A stretch of DNA of 64,000 nt, taken from Candidatus Kapaibacterium sp. Its GTDB lineage: Bacteria > Patescibacteriota > Patescibacteriia > UBA9934. A program made the translations under genes and the position numbers. Of this stretch, positions 8,936 through 17,921 are shown piece after piece. Under the pieces are notes generated by a model. It was not told where the DNA came from. It made no database searches and was given only the letters and a program-made list of their open reading frames with translations. Numbering within the stretch: position 1 is the first letter of the stretch; every line of letters begins with the position of its first letter. The stretch lies in contig JBILHA010000001.1 in assembly GCA_044350705.1 (NCBI GenBank), forward strand, positions 244,242 to 308,241, in the 5' to 3' direction.

Positions 8936-11413
8936 ATGGAGGAACGAGGGTGGCATGTCATGAGTGCAGAGGACGTTTTGCGGGTCGTACGAGGAACCCG
9001 AGAGGGACTGTCTCTTGCGCAAGTAGAAGAGCGACAGCGTACATATGGAAAAAACGTTTTGCCTGAGCGGGATCGCATTTCTCCCTTGCGTATTTTCTTT
9101 CGCCAATTTCTTTCTCCTTTAGTCGCTCTCTTGTTTATCGCGGGGGGAGTTTCTTTTTTTCTCGGAGACGTTGTTGATGTTATAAGCATTCTTCTCGTGC
9201 TCTTTTTTAATGCCCTTTTAGGATTCTTTCAGGAATATCGTGCTGATCAGCGCATGCGAGCGTTACGTGCAATGGTGGGGACTTTGGCAACGGTTGAACG
9301 TGCCGGACAGGTGCTGCAGATTCCTGCGGAAGAACTTGTGCCCGGAGATGTGCTTTTTTTACGTGCGGGCATGAAGGTAGGTGCTGATGCTCGTCTTTTT
9401 GCGGTGAATGACCTTGCGAGTCATGAAGCGGCGCTTACGGGAGAAAGTCGCGAAGTGGAAAAGCGTACTGAAGTTCTCCCTTCCCCCGTTCCTTTGTTTG
9501 AGCGATCGAATATGGTGTTTATGGGAACGGCGATCTCTCGGGGTACGGGAAAGGCTCTTGTAGTGGCTACTGCTGGACAAACCGTTTTTGCACGTATTGC
9601 GCATGAAACGCAGCAGACAACGGGGGGAGCGAGTGGTTTTGCGAAGGAATTGAAAAAGACGGGCTTTCTTCTCTCTGGCATCGTTCTTTTTCTTTCCGGA
9701 GGACTCTTTTTACTGGGGATACTTCGGGGTGAAGATGTTTTTTCCATGCTGCAAGTCAGTATTGCACTCGCTGTTGCGGCGATTCCTGAGGGTTTATTGA
9801 TCGCTACCACGGTTGCGCTTGCCGTCGCGCTTCAGCGTATGGCAAGGGAGAAGGTGCTTGTGCGTGAGTTGGGAGTCCCTGAACGTATGAGCGCCGTCAA
9901 TGTTCTTTGCGTTGATAAGACCGGTACTTTGACCGAAGGGAATATGAAGGTGGAGGTATGTGATACTTCTCGTCCTGAAACGGTTCGTTTAGCACTTTCT
10001 GCACTGACTGAGCAAAGTAGAAAGCATGCTTCTCTCGCGCTTTCACTTACCGAGCAGGCGTTGGCGCAGTATATTGTTCGTCAAGGTATCGAAGATGTTG
10101 CGGTTATTCAGAGCGTTCCTTTTTCTTCTGCGACAAAGTTCAGTGAAGCCACCATACAGCGCGAGCGTCATGTTCATACGTTTCGACTTGGTGCTCCTGA
10201 AATGCTCCTTGCTTTACTTTCTGAGGAGTCTTCCGTCGTCGTAGCTCTTCGAGAGCGAGCGAGCGCGCTCACACGAAAAGGGTATCGCGTGCTCACGCTT
10301 TTAGAACGTGAATCGGTTTCTGAGCACTTTGCTTTTCTTGCTTTTTTTGGAATCGCAGATCCTTTGCGTGACGATGCTCAAGAAATGGTCGCACGTATAC
10401 AAGAACAAGGAGTGCGTTTGCTTATGCTTACAGGGGATCATCGAGAAACTGCCCAAGCTGTCGCGCGCCGGTTAGGTATGGAAGGCGAGTGTGTTCATGG
10501 AGATGAGTTGCGGGGTTTATCTGACGCCGATCTTGCACGTCTGTTGCGGAAAGTGAGCGTTATTGCGCGTATGGTTCCTCAAGATAAACTTCGTATTGTG
10601 CGTGCTTTGCAGGCAGATGGTGCGGTGGTAGGTATGACCGGTGATGGGGTAAACGATGGCCCCGCGCTTGCGGCTGCGGATGTAGGCATCGCTCTTCACA
10701 GCGGTACCGATGTTGCGCGTGAAGTTGCCGATGTCGTACTTATGGACGATCGGCTTGCCACCATCTCCCATGCGCTGGAAGAGGGACGAGGAACTTTTTT
10801 GGCATTACAACGGATCTCCGCATATCTGCTCATGCTTTCTTTGGCAAAAATGGGCGTTTTTACGTTTGCGCTTTTATTTGGTGTTCCTGTGCCGCTTTCG
10901 CCAGTGCAATTGCTTTGGCTGAATGTCGTGACCGATGGGATTCTTGCGCTTGGGCTTGCCACGTTTGTTTCGTATGATGCGTTGGATGTCGCATTGCCTC
11001 GGAATAAGATGGAGGGTATTTTTTCTCTTCCTTTTCGACGATTCTTGGTTATTGCGGTGGGCATTCTTACGCTCCCCTTGTGTATGATGTTTCTTTTTAC
11101 CCTTTCACTTTCTGGGCCACAAGCTGCGGGAATATTTTTCGCAGCCTTTGTTTTAGATGCGCTTGTGATGCTGTGGTTTTTTGCACGAATCAAGTCGGTG
11201 CATTTGGGGGTTTTTTTGTTCGTTATCTCTTTTCTTTCTCTTGGAGCTTCATTTTTCCCCTACATTCTTTTTTCCCATGACCTGTCTTTTCCTTCGCCGG
11301 GGATATTTCTTCTTCTTTTCTTTATTTCGCTTCTGAAATGCGTTTTCCTCTGGGCTGTTTGGCGCGTTATCCTCGTACGTAAAGCGTCTCTTTCTCCCGC
11401 ACTGGTATCATAG
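8936..11413 (+). CDS. Cation-transporting P-type ATPase (P2A/Ca2+-like)
   Basis: LTGES, AAIPEGL, DKTGTLT, MLTGDH, GMTGDGVNDGPAL, QLLWLNVVTD. Confidence 0.93.
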   Translation: MEERGWHVMSAEDVLRVVRGTREGLSLAQVEERQRTYGKNVLPERDRISPLRIFFRQFLSPLVALLFIAGGVSFFLGDVVDVISILLVLFFNALLGFFQEYRADQRMRALRAMVGTLATVERAGQVLQIPAEELVPGDVLFLRAGMKVGADARLFAVNDLASHEAALTGESREVEKRTEVLPSPVPLFERSNMVFMGTAISRGTGKALVVATAGQTVFARIAHETQQTTGGASGFAKELKKTGFLLSGIVLFLSGGLFLLGILRGEDVFSMLQVSIALAVAAIPEGLLIATTVALAVALQRMAREKVLVRELGVPERMSAVNVLCVDKTGTLTEGNMKVEVCDTSRPETVRLALSALTEQSRKHASLALSLTEQALAQYIVRQGIEDVAVIQSVPFSSATKFSEATIQRERHVHTFRLGAPEMLLALLSEESSVVVALRERASALTRKGYRVLTLLERESVSEHFAFLAFFGIADPLRDDAQEMVARIQEQGVRLLMLTGDHRETAQAVARRLGMEGECVHGDELRGLSDADLARLLRKVSVIARMVPQDKLRIVRALQADGAVVGMTGDGVNDGPALAAADVGIALHSGTDVAREVADVVLMDDRLATISHALEEGRGTFLALQRISAYLLMLSLAKMGVFTFALLFGVPVPLSPVQLLWLNVVTDGILALGLATFVSYDALDVALPRNKMEGIFSLPFRRFLVIAVGILTLPLCMMFLFTLSLSGPQAAGIFFAAFVLDALVMLWFFARIKSVHLGVFLFVISFLSLGASFFPYILFSHDLSFPSPGIFLLLFFISLLKCVFLWAVWRVILVRKASLSPALVS

Positions 11414-11419
11414 GGGCAT

Positions 11420-12874
11420 ATGCAATTGGAACGTATTGAGCAATTTCAGGACGCGGCGGTTACGGTTATGGGTTTAGGAAAATATAAAGAGGGAAGTGGA
11501 TTTGTTACGGCGACTTGGCTCATCAAGCATGGAGCACAGACGGTGGTGACCGATTTAAAGACCGAAGCGGACTTGCAATCATCCTTACAGCTTCTTATGG
11601 AATGGTACCGAGAATATCGTACTGCCCATCCTGAGGCGAATGTCTATCCGCCGGTTTTTGTGTTAGGTGAGCATCGGAAGGAGGATTTTACTGATGTTGA
11701 TTATGTCGTTCAGAATCCAGGTGTTCCGAGCGAGACCGCGTACATGAAGGCTGCGGAAGAAGCTGGCGTCGATATTGAATCTGATACGAGTATTTTCCTT
11801 CGTTTCTACCCCTATAAAACTATTGCGGTCACGGGCACAAAGGGAAAAACGACAACGACAAAACTATTAGGGGAAATGCTTAAAACGCTTCATCCATCCG
11901 CAATTGTGGCAGGAAATGTGAAGGCATCGCCACTGCAGTTTTTAGATGGAGCGCTGGAGAAGAAGGAGGAAATTCCCGTCGTTTTAGAATTTTCTTCTTG
12001 GATGCTGTTAAGTTTGCCCTATGCTCTTCAGGATCTCGGTCGTGGTCCGGATATTGCGGTTTTAACGAATGTATACCCGGATCATATGGATCGTTATCCG
12101 GATTATGAGGCGTATAAAAAGTCTAAAGAGATCATCTTCGCCTACCAGACGCCTGATCAGGTTGCTATTCTCAATAAAGATCATGCAGAAGTACGAGAAA
12201 TGGCTTCCCGAGTTCCTTCTCGACTTCTCTGGTTTAGCACTGCACCCATGGAGGAAGATGGTTGTTTTATAGAAAATGGCATTGTGAAATATCGACGTGA
12301 AGGAGGTATACAAGACCTTTTAGCGGTTGATGATGTTGCCCTCAAGGGGGAGCATAATCTTTCTAATGCACTTGCTGCTGCGTGTGCCGCTTTGGTGCGT
12401 GGCGTGCCATTGGCAGGTGTAGCGGAGGTTCTGAAGCGCTTTTCAGGTATTGCGGATAGACAGGAGGTGGTGCGTGAAGTGGACGAGGTGACCTATGTGA
12501 ATGATACCGCTTCTACGGCACCTGAAGCGCTCAAAGCTGCTTTGGAGACGTTGGGTACTGAAAAGCGCATCGTTCTTCTTGCGGGCGGTGATTCCCGTGG
12601 CGTTTCGTTTGATGCGGTAGCGCCTGTTATTGCGCACATGTGTAAACAAGTGCTTCTTTTTCCTGGTACCGCAACAGAGGCCTTAGAGAAGGCCCTTTTA
12701 GGAAAGGTGATGGTAGATCATGTCCAAACCATGGAAGAAGCGGTGAAAATGGCGAGAAAATTTGCTGCTCGTGGCGATGTGGTGTTGTTTTCTCCTGGAT
12801 GTCCGGTGGGTCAGCCGTTTGCGAATGAATTTGAAGCAGGCGAAGCGTTTCGTGAAGAGGTGAGAAAGATATAG
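11420..12874 (+). CDS. murD: UDP-N-acetylmuramoyl-L-alanine--D-glutamate ligase
   Basis: VMGLG, QNPGVP, VTGTKGKTTTT, VLEFSSW, TNVYPDHMDRY, GEHNLSNA; C-terminal motif divergent. Confidence 0.88.
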   Translation: MQLERIEQFQDAAVTVMGLGKYKEGSGFVTATWLIKHGAQTVVTDLKTEADLQSSLQLLMEWYREYRTAHPEANVYPPVFVLGEHRKEDFTDVDYVVQNPGVPSETAYMKAAEEAGVDIESDTSIFLRFYPYKTIAVTGTKGKTTTTKLLGEMLKTLHPSAIVAGNVKASPLQFLDGALEKKEEIPVVLEFSSWMLLSLPYALQDLGRGPDIAVLTNVYPDHMDRYPDYEAYKKSKEIIFAYQTPDQVAILNKDHAEVREMASRVPSRLLWFSTAPMEEDGCFIENGIVKYRREGGIQDLLAVDDVALKGEHNLSNALAAACAALVRGVPLAGVAEVLKRFSGIADRQEVVREVDEVTYVNDTASTAPEALKAALETLGTEKRIVLLAGGDSRGVSFDAVAPVIAHMCKQVLLFPGTATEALEKALLGKVMVDHVQTMEEAVKMARKFAARGDVVLFSPGCPVGQPFANEFEAGEAFREEVRKI

Positions 12875-12950
12875 AGAAAGGATAAGGCGGGTGAAGACGG
12901 ATGTGGCGGATAATGGCCTCATTTGTTACTCTGAAAGAAAATGCTTATCT

Positions 12951-14264
12951 ATGCTCCATGCTTTGAAAAAGGCTGTTCCACAGCCTTTGCTCCAGATTTA
13001 TCATGCTAGCCTTGGGTATTTGGCTGGTATGGTGTACCGGCATCCTTCTGATGAAATGGTGGTTATTGGGGTGACGGGGACAAATGGAAAATCCACGACT
13101 GTTCAGTTTATTGCTCAGCTTCTTTGTGAACTAGGTGAAAAAGTGGGATATACCTCTACCGCAGGTTTTTCTATTGCGGGAAGGTCGGTTGAGAATCGTA
13201 TGAAAATGACCATGCCGGGTCGTTTTGTGTTGCAAAAAATGTTGCGGGATATGCGCGATGCGGGCTGCACCTATGCCATTGTTGAAACTTCCTCGCAGGG
13301 ACTCGCGCAGTTTCGTCATGTAAGTATCAACTATGATGTTGCGGTATTTACGAACTTAACCCCTGAGCACATTGAGGCTCACGGAAGTTTTGATGCGTAT
13401 AAGCGCGCAAAGGGTCTTTTATTTTCTCATCTTACCGCTCGTGCGCACAAGGTTCTTGCGGGAAAGCGCATTGCGAAGCAAATCGTGGTGAATCGTGATG
13501 ATGAGCATTCTGCTTTTTATGCGCAGTTTCCCGCGGATCGTCATTGGTCTTTTGGATGGAATGTGCATCCGGAAGAAGGGGTGTATGCAGAAGATATTTC
13601 TGGAGATGGGGAAGGTGCGCGAGTGCGTGTAGCCGGGAAGGAGGTTTCTTGGCAACTTCCCGCGCATTTTTCTCGTCTTAATGCGCTTGCGGCGATTACC
13701 GCGGTGCATGCGTGTGGTTTTCCCCTCGCAGACGTTCTTCAAGCTTCAGAGAAACTCCATGATGTCGCAGGACGATTTGAGCGCATTGCGCTCGGGCAAC
13801 CTTTTACGGTGATTGTGGATTACGCCTATGAGCCGTATGCCTTGCGTGCGCTTCTTGATTCCTTGCCACCTTATACGGGAAAAGTTATTGGTGTTCATGG
13901 TTCAGCGGGGGGAGGGCGTGATAAGGCACGTCGTCCGCTTATTGGAAATTTGGCCGCAGAGCGTGAGGATGTAGTGATCGTAACGAATGAAGATCCGTAC
14001 GATGAAGATCCGCAGGTCATCATTGATGCGGTTGCTGCGGGCGCACGGGAGAAAGGGAAGCGTGAGGGAGAAGATTTGTTCCTTATTTCTGATCGAGGAG
14101 AAGCGATTCGCTTTGCGTTGCAACAGGCTGAGCCAGGGGATGTTGTTCTTATTACCGGAAAGGGGTCGGAGCCGGTTATGGCGGTTGCGGGCGGGAAAAC
14201 CATTCCTTGGGATGACCGACAGGTGGTTCGAAACGTGCTATCATCTTTAGGGTATGGCGCATAA
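12951..14264 (+). CDS. murE: UDP-N-acetylmuramoyl-tripeptide synthetase (MurE, N-terminally short)
   Basis: IGVTGTNGKSTT, VETSSQG, FTNLTPEHIEAH, GRFE, IVDYAY, GGGRD..RR, ITGKG. Confidence 0.9.
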   Translation: MLHALKKAVPQPLLQIYHASLGYLAGMVYRHPSDEMVVIGVTGTNGKSTTVQFIAQLLCELGEKVGYTSTAGFSIAGRSVENRMKMTMPGRFVLQKMLRDMRDAGCTYAIVETSSQGLAQFRHVSINYDVAVFTNLTPEHIEAHGSFDAYKRAKGLLFSHLTARAHKVLAGKRIAKQIVVNRDDEHSAFYAQFPADRHWSFGWNVHPEEGVYAEDISGDGEGARVRVAGKEVSWQLPAHFSRLNALAAITAVHACGFPLADVLQASEKLHDVAGRFERIALGQPFTVIVDYAYEPYALRALLDSLPPYTGKVIGVHGSAGGGRDKARRPLIGNLAAEREDVVIVTNEDPYDEDPQVIIDAVAAGAREKGKREGEDLFLISDRGEAIRFALQQAEPGDVVLITGKGSEPVMAVAGGKTIPWDDRQVVRNVLSSLGYGA

Positions 14265-14679
14265 TGCGCGAACACTTTCTCCTCGTACCTGGCTCACCGT
14301 TGCCGTTGTTGGCCTTCTTTTGTTTGTCGCGTTCGCATTTGTGCGTGAATACGTAAGAAATATCGACATTGCTACTGAGCTTGAGCGTATGGAAGCTGAG
14401 AATGCGGCACTCAATGCCCAGCATCTCGCTTCTCTTGAGCTCATCTCTCAGCTTTCTACTGAAACTGCCGTTGAAGGCGAGGCTCGTACGAAACTGAACC
14501 TCGCAAAGGAAGGAGAGACAATGTATGTCGTGCAAGATGGTGCACAAGAAATTGCCGGAGAAGGCGATGCTTCTGCGGAAGAAGCGCTTACCGTTGCTAC
14601 AGACCCTTCTCTGAGTAACCCTGCAAAGTGGTTTTATTATTTCTTCGCACCTCCTGAACATCGTGAAGGTGCGCTATGA
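14254..14679 (+). CDS. Septum formation initiator FtsB/DivIC-like protein
   Basis: N-terminal TM, coiled coil, EARTKLNLAKEGET motif, C-terminal NPAKWFYYFF. Confidence 0.75.
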   Translation: MAHNARTLSPRTWLTVAVVGLLLFVAFAFVREYVRNIDIATELERMEAENAALNAQHLASLELISQLSTETAVEGEARTKLNLAKEGETMYVVQDGAQEIAGEGDASAEEALTVATDPSLSNPAKWFYYFFAPPEHREGAL

Positions 14680-15479
14680 CCGATGCTCGAAAGGTTTGGT
14701 TGCGCCGTAGTGGCATAGGATTTCTTTTTTTGTGGTTTTCTCTCCAATTTGGAGCGATGTTTTTTCACGCAGGTGAAGGATTTTCTCGAAATTTTTCTCA
14801 TTTTGTTTTACCTCCTGCGTGGGTAGGTTTTTCACCGGTTTCCTATCGGCAAGTCGTTGAGACTGCGCATGCATTTGTTGCCCTTCAGATCGCTCCTTCT
14901 TATCAGGAAGCATTTCCCCTCGCTCTTGCTTTTGCGGTGCGTGACGAGCGGCTTCAGCGCCTTTTAGGAGATCGGGCGTTGGAATCTGAGGATGTTTTTA
15001 CAGAAGATGATCATGCGCTTTTGCGTGATGCGGGGCTTTCTCTTCATGAACAGGAGAAGTTTCTTATACTGCCTCTTCTTCGCTTTCGACAATCTTCGAC
15101 GTTACGTAATGAAATTCTCCCCTCCCAAGAAATGCGCATGCAGAGCGTGCTCGAGAAAATTCAACTTGATATGCCATTTGCGGATATCGCGCGCTATTAT
15201 TCGGAAGATAGTTCCGCGATGGATGGGGGGGATCTCGGTGTTTTTCTTCTTTCTGAGCTGCCTGATTGGGCGTGGCAGGTAGGTACCCTGGGGATTGGTG
15301 AGGTGCGATCAGATTTTGTAGGAGCGGATGCGCTTTGGGTGCTTAAGGTGGTGGATAAAGGGGGTATCGGGGATGAGGCTTGGGTGCATATCCGTGGAAT
15401 TGCTATTAATAAGCCGACTTTGGGCGCAATTTTGCGCGCCCATGCTGCGGAGTATCCCGCATGGGTTTTTGTGTGGTAA
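14676..15479 (+). CDS. Parvulin-type peptidylprolyl isomerase (PrsA/SurA-like), degenerate
   Basis: FADIARYYSEDSSAMDGGDLG rotamase motif; N-terminal TM. Confidence 0.75.
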   Translation: MTDARKVWLRRSGIGFLFLWFSLQFGAMFFHAGEGFSRNFSHFVLPPAWVGFSPVSYRQVVETAHAFVALQIAPSYQEAFPLALAFAVRDERLQRLLGDRALESEDVFTEDDHALLRDAGLSLHEQEKFLILPLLRFRQSSTLRNEILPSQEMRMQSVLEKIQLDMPFADIARYYSEDSSAMDGGDLGVFLLSELPDWAWQVGTLGIGEVRSDFVGADALWVLKVVDKGGIGDEAWVHIRGIAINKPTLGAILRAHAAEYPAWVFVW

Positions 15480-15540
15480 AGGTGCTTTACGAAACTTCCT
15501 CTTTATGATTTACTATTTCCGCTTTTGAACGTTCGTTTTT

Positions 15541-15615
15541 GCGGGCGTGGTGTAGCGGTAACATGTTTGCTTCCCAAGCAAAAGATCGCCGGTTCGATCC
15601 CGGTCGCCCGCTCCA
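15541..15615 (+). tRNA. tRNA-Gly (CCC)
   Basis: GCGGGCG/CGCCCGC acceptor, TTTGC-TTCCCAA-GCAAA anticodon arm, GGTTCGATCCC, CCA. Confidence 0.95.
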
Positions 15616-15667
15616 CGAAAAATTTATCTTCCTTATCCTTTTCTTTGTAAAGAGTGATGATAAGTGA

Positions 15668-15793
15668 AGATGTGCCACTAAGTTTGTTCAGATTCAAGGA
15701 GCCGACGAGCACGGCCGAGGCGTAGGTAAATCCTACGGTGAGGCCGCGCGCAGGAGGCGACGCCGAAGATGGACAAACTTGGGTGGCACATCT
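15668..15793 (+). repeat. 126-bp ERIC/RPE-like palindromic element (element 1), ending 2 nt before tRNA-Thr
   Basis: About 23-bp terminal inverted repeats AGATGTGCCACTAAGTTTGTTCA / TGGACAAACTTGGGTGGCACATCT; apex CGTAGG-TAAAT-CCTACG flanked by GAG/TGA. Confidence 0.75.
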
Positions 15794-15795
15794 GT

Positions 15796-15871
15796 GCCGA
15801 TGTAGCTCAGTTGGTAGAGCAGCGGTATCGTAAACCGCAGGTCACCGGTTCGAGCCCGGTCATCGGCTCCA
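15796..15871 (+). tRNA. tRNA-Thr (CGT)
   Basis: GCCGATG/CATCGGC acceptor, GCGGT-ATCGTAA-ACCGC anticodon arm, GGTTCGAGCCC, CCA. Confidence 0.95.
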
Positions 15872-15928
15872 GAAAGATCGTCTGTCATGCACAGGCGATT
15901 TTTCTTTTGTGCGCTATACTATTGGTAT

Positions 15929-16612
15929 GTGATTACGCTTCGTAATGTCACGAAAGTTTATCCTCCTGATGTTCATGCCTTGCGTGGAGTAACTTTTCAT
16001 ATCGAGCCTGGAGAATTCGTGTCTATCGTAGGATCAAGTGGAAGTGGAAAGACGACCATTGCTAAACTTCTTTCGGCTGAAGAAAAGCCCACCGAGGGTC
16101 AAGTTATTATTGGAGAATGGGATATCTCGCGGATTCCTCATTATCAAGTTCCCACGCTTCGTCGTCAATTAGGGATGGTTTTTCAAGATTATAAACTTCT
16201 TCCTAAGAAGACTGCCTTTGAAAATGTTGCCTTTGCATTGGAAGTTGCGGGAGAACATTCAAAGCGTATTCAAGAGATCGTTCCCCAAGTGATGAAAATT
16301 GTTGGACTTGCGGATAAGGCACACCGTTATCCTCGACAGCTTTCAGGAGGTGAGCAGCAGCGTGTCTCGATTGCTCGCGCTTTAGTACATCGTCCAAAGA
16401 TCATGCTTGCGGATGAGCCTACGGGAAATTTGGATGCCGTCACCGCGCGAGAAATCATTGAGCTTCTCAAGCGTATCAATGAATTTGGTACGACGGTTGT
16501 GCTCGTTACGCATGATCGCGATATTGTGAATGCGCTCAACCGTCGAGTGATTACGGTACAAAAGGGGGAGATTGTTTCTGATGTTGCGAAAGGTAAGTAT
16601 CATCTTGGATAG
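15929..16612 (+). CDS. ftsE: Cell division ATP-binding protein FtsE
   Basis: GSSGSGKTT, GMVFQDYKLL, LSGGEQQRV, LADEPTGNLD; upstream of ftsX; GTG start 8 nt after TATACT. Confidence 0.93.
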   Translation: MITLRNVTKVYPPDVHALRGVTFHIEPGEFVSIVGSSGSGKTTIAKLLSAEEKPTEGQVIIGEWDISRIPHYQVPTLRRQLGMVFQDYKLLPKKTAFENVAFALEVAGEHSKRIQEIVPQVMKIVGLADKAHRYPRQLSGGEQQRVSIARALVHRPKIMLADEPTGNLDAVTAREIIELLKRINEFGTTVVLVTHDRDIVNALNRRVITVQKGEIVSDVAKGKYHLG

Positions 16613-16615
16613 TCT

Positions 16616-17527
16616 ATGCGCGCTTTTTTTCGCATGGTGAAGTTTGCCTTCCAAGGCATTTTCCGGAATTTCTGGCTGTCGTTTGTTACGACGTCGGTGC
16701 TTTTTTTGACGCTTTTGACGATCAATGCCGTCATTATTCTCAATGTACTTGCTACGGCATCAGTGCGTGCTATTGAAGATCGTGTGCAGGTTGAGCTCTA
16801 TTTTGTACCAGGGACGAGTGAGGATGTTGTGAAATCGGTGCGAGGATATCTTATTGGCTTGCCGCAGGTAAAAGATGTTGCCACAGTTTCTGCCGAGGAA
16901 GCTCTTGTGTCGTTTCGGGAGCGGCATGCGAATGATGCAGAGATTCTCGCGGCACTTGATGAAGTGGAAGGAAATCCCTTCGGAGATGCCCTTCGTGTAC
17001 AGGCTGAAAATCCTGAAGATTTCCCTTTTATTCTTGAAGCGGTGAATAGTCCTGAATTTTCGCAATACATCAAAGACAAGGACTACGCTGACTATCAGAC
17101 GGTTATTGATCGGCTTTCTGTATTTACTGAACGTATCCGTTTAGGAGGCATTGGTCTTGCAGCCTTTTTTGGCTTGATTTCGGTGCTCATCGTCTTTAAT
17201 ACGATTCGTGTTGCTATTTATACGCATCGTGATGAGATTTCGGTCATGAAACTTGTTGGAGCAAAGGATTGGTTTATTCGCGCTCCTTTTTTGCTGGAGG
17301 CGGTTATCTATGCGTTTGCGGCAACGATGATCATGGGTATCGCGTTGGTATTGGTGTTGTTCTCTTTTGAACCTTTTGTTTCTCGATTCTTTTCAGGAGT
17401 TTCAGTAAGCCTTTCCCGTTTTTATTTAGAGAATGGCATCATGCTATTCTTTGCTCAATGGGCTGGCCTTTCATTCTTGGGTGTTATCACTACTGCTGGG
17501 GCGGTTAGAAAGTTCTTGAGAACCTAG
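16616..17527 (+). CDS. ftsX: Cell division permease FtsX
   Basis: TM, extracellular domain, NTIRVAIYTHRDEISVMKLVGA..WFIRAPFLLE. Confidence 0.93.
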   Translation: MRAFFRMVKFAFQGIFRNFWLSFVTTSVLFLTLLTINAVIILNVLATASVRAIEDRVQVELYFVPGTSEDVVKSVRGYLIGLPQVKDVATVSAEEALVSFRERHANDAEILAALDEVEGNPFGDALRVQAENPEDFPFILEAVNSPEFSQYIKDKDYADYQTVIDRLSVFTERIRLGGIGLAAFFGLISVLIVFNTIRVAIYTHRDEISVMKLVGAKDWFIRAPFLLEAVIYAFAATMIMGIALVLVLFSFEPFVSRFFSGVSVSLSRFYLENGIMLFFAQWAGLSFLGVITTAGAVRKFLRT

Positions 17528-17606
17528 ATGAGTTGTGGGGTGTTACTTGGCAAAGTAAGGAATGTTTGGCATAGTGTTACGCGTCTTGTTTTTTCAAGAT
17601 AAGTCT

Positions 17607-17732
17607 CGAATTCCTCTTCATTTCGAGGCAGTTTGGACCTACAGAGGGAGGATTGCTGATCCGTACCTAAATGTACGGAGAGGCAACCGGACTGATAGGG
17701 GCTCCAAAATGACCGAAATGAAGAGGAATTCG
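17607..17732 (+). repeat. 126-bp palindromic element (element 2), ending 3 nt before tRNA-Gln
   Basis: Perfect 19-bp terminal IR CGAATTCCTCTTCATTTCG / CGAAATGAAGAGGAATTCG; apex TCCGTAC-CTAAAT-GTACGGA flanked by TGA/GAG. Confidence 0.75.
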
Positions 17733-17735
17733 CTT

Positions 17736-17809
17736 TCCGAGATCGTCTAAAGGCAGGACAGCGGCCTTTGAAGCCGTGAATCATGGTTCGAATCCATGTC
17801 TCGGAACCA
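17736..17809 (+). tRNA. tRNA-Gln (TTG)
   Basis: TCCGAGA/TCTCGGA acceptor, GCGGC-CTTTGAA-GCCGT anticodon arm, GGTTCGAATCC, CCA. Confidence 0.93.
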
Positions 17810-17842
17810 AAAAAAGACTAGCTTTTTAGCTAGTCTTTTTTT
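17810..17842 (+). terminator. Intrinsic terminator after tRNA-Gln
   Basis: aaaaaagactagct...agctagtctttttt hairpin with U tract. Confidence 0.8.
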
Positions 17843-17921
17843 GTCCTGAGCGCGGCATAGAAGTTGCACAAATTGGGATCTTTACGTTCTTTCGGGAGAC
17901 TTGTATGCTCCGAGTAATTCT

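Noticed and set aside
8737-9189. ORFs spanning the tRNA-Lys repeat unit as a possible integrase
   Set aside because: No recombinase motifs; they overlap the ATPase gene and hairpins
15668-17732. The two 126-bp palindromes as CRISPR repeats, SRP RNA or ends of a composite transposon around ftsEX
   Set aside because: No repeat-spacer periodicity or cas genes; no SRP domain IV CAGG..GNRA..AGCAG motif; the elements are not repeats of each other and no transposase is present
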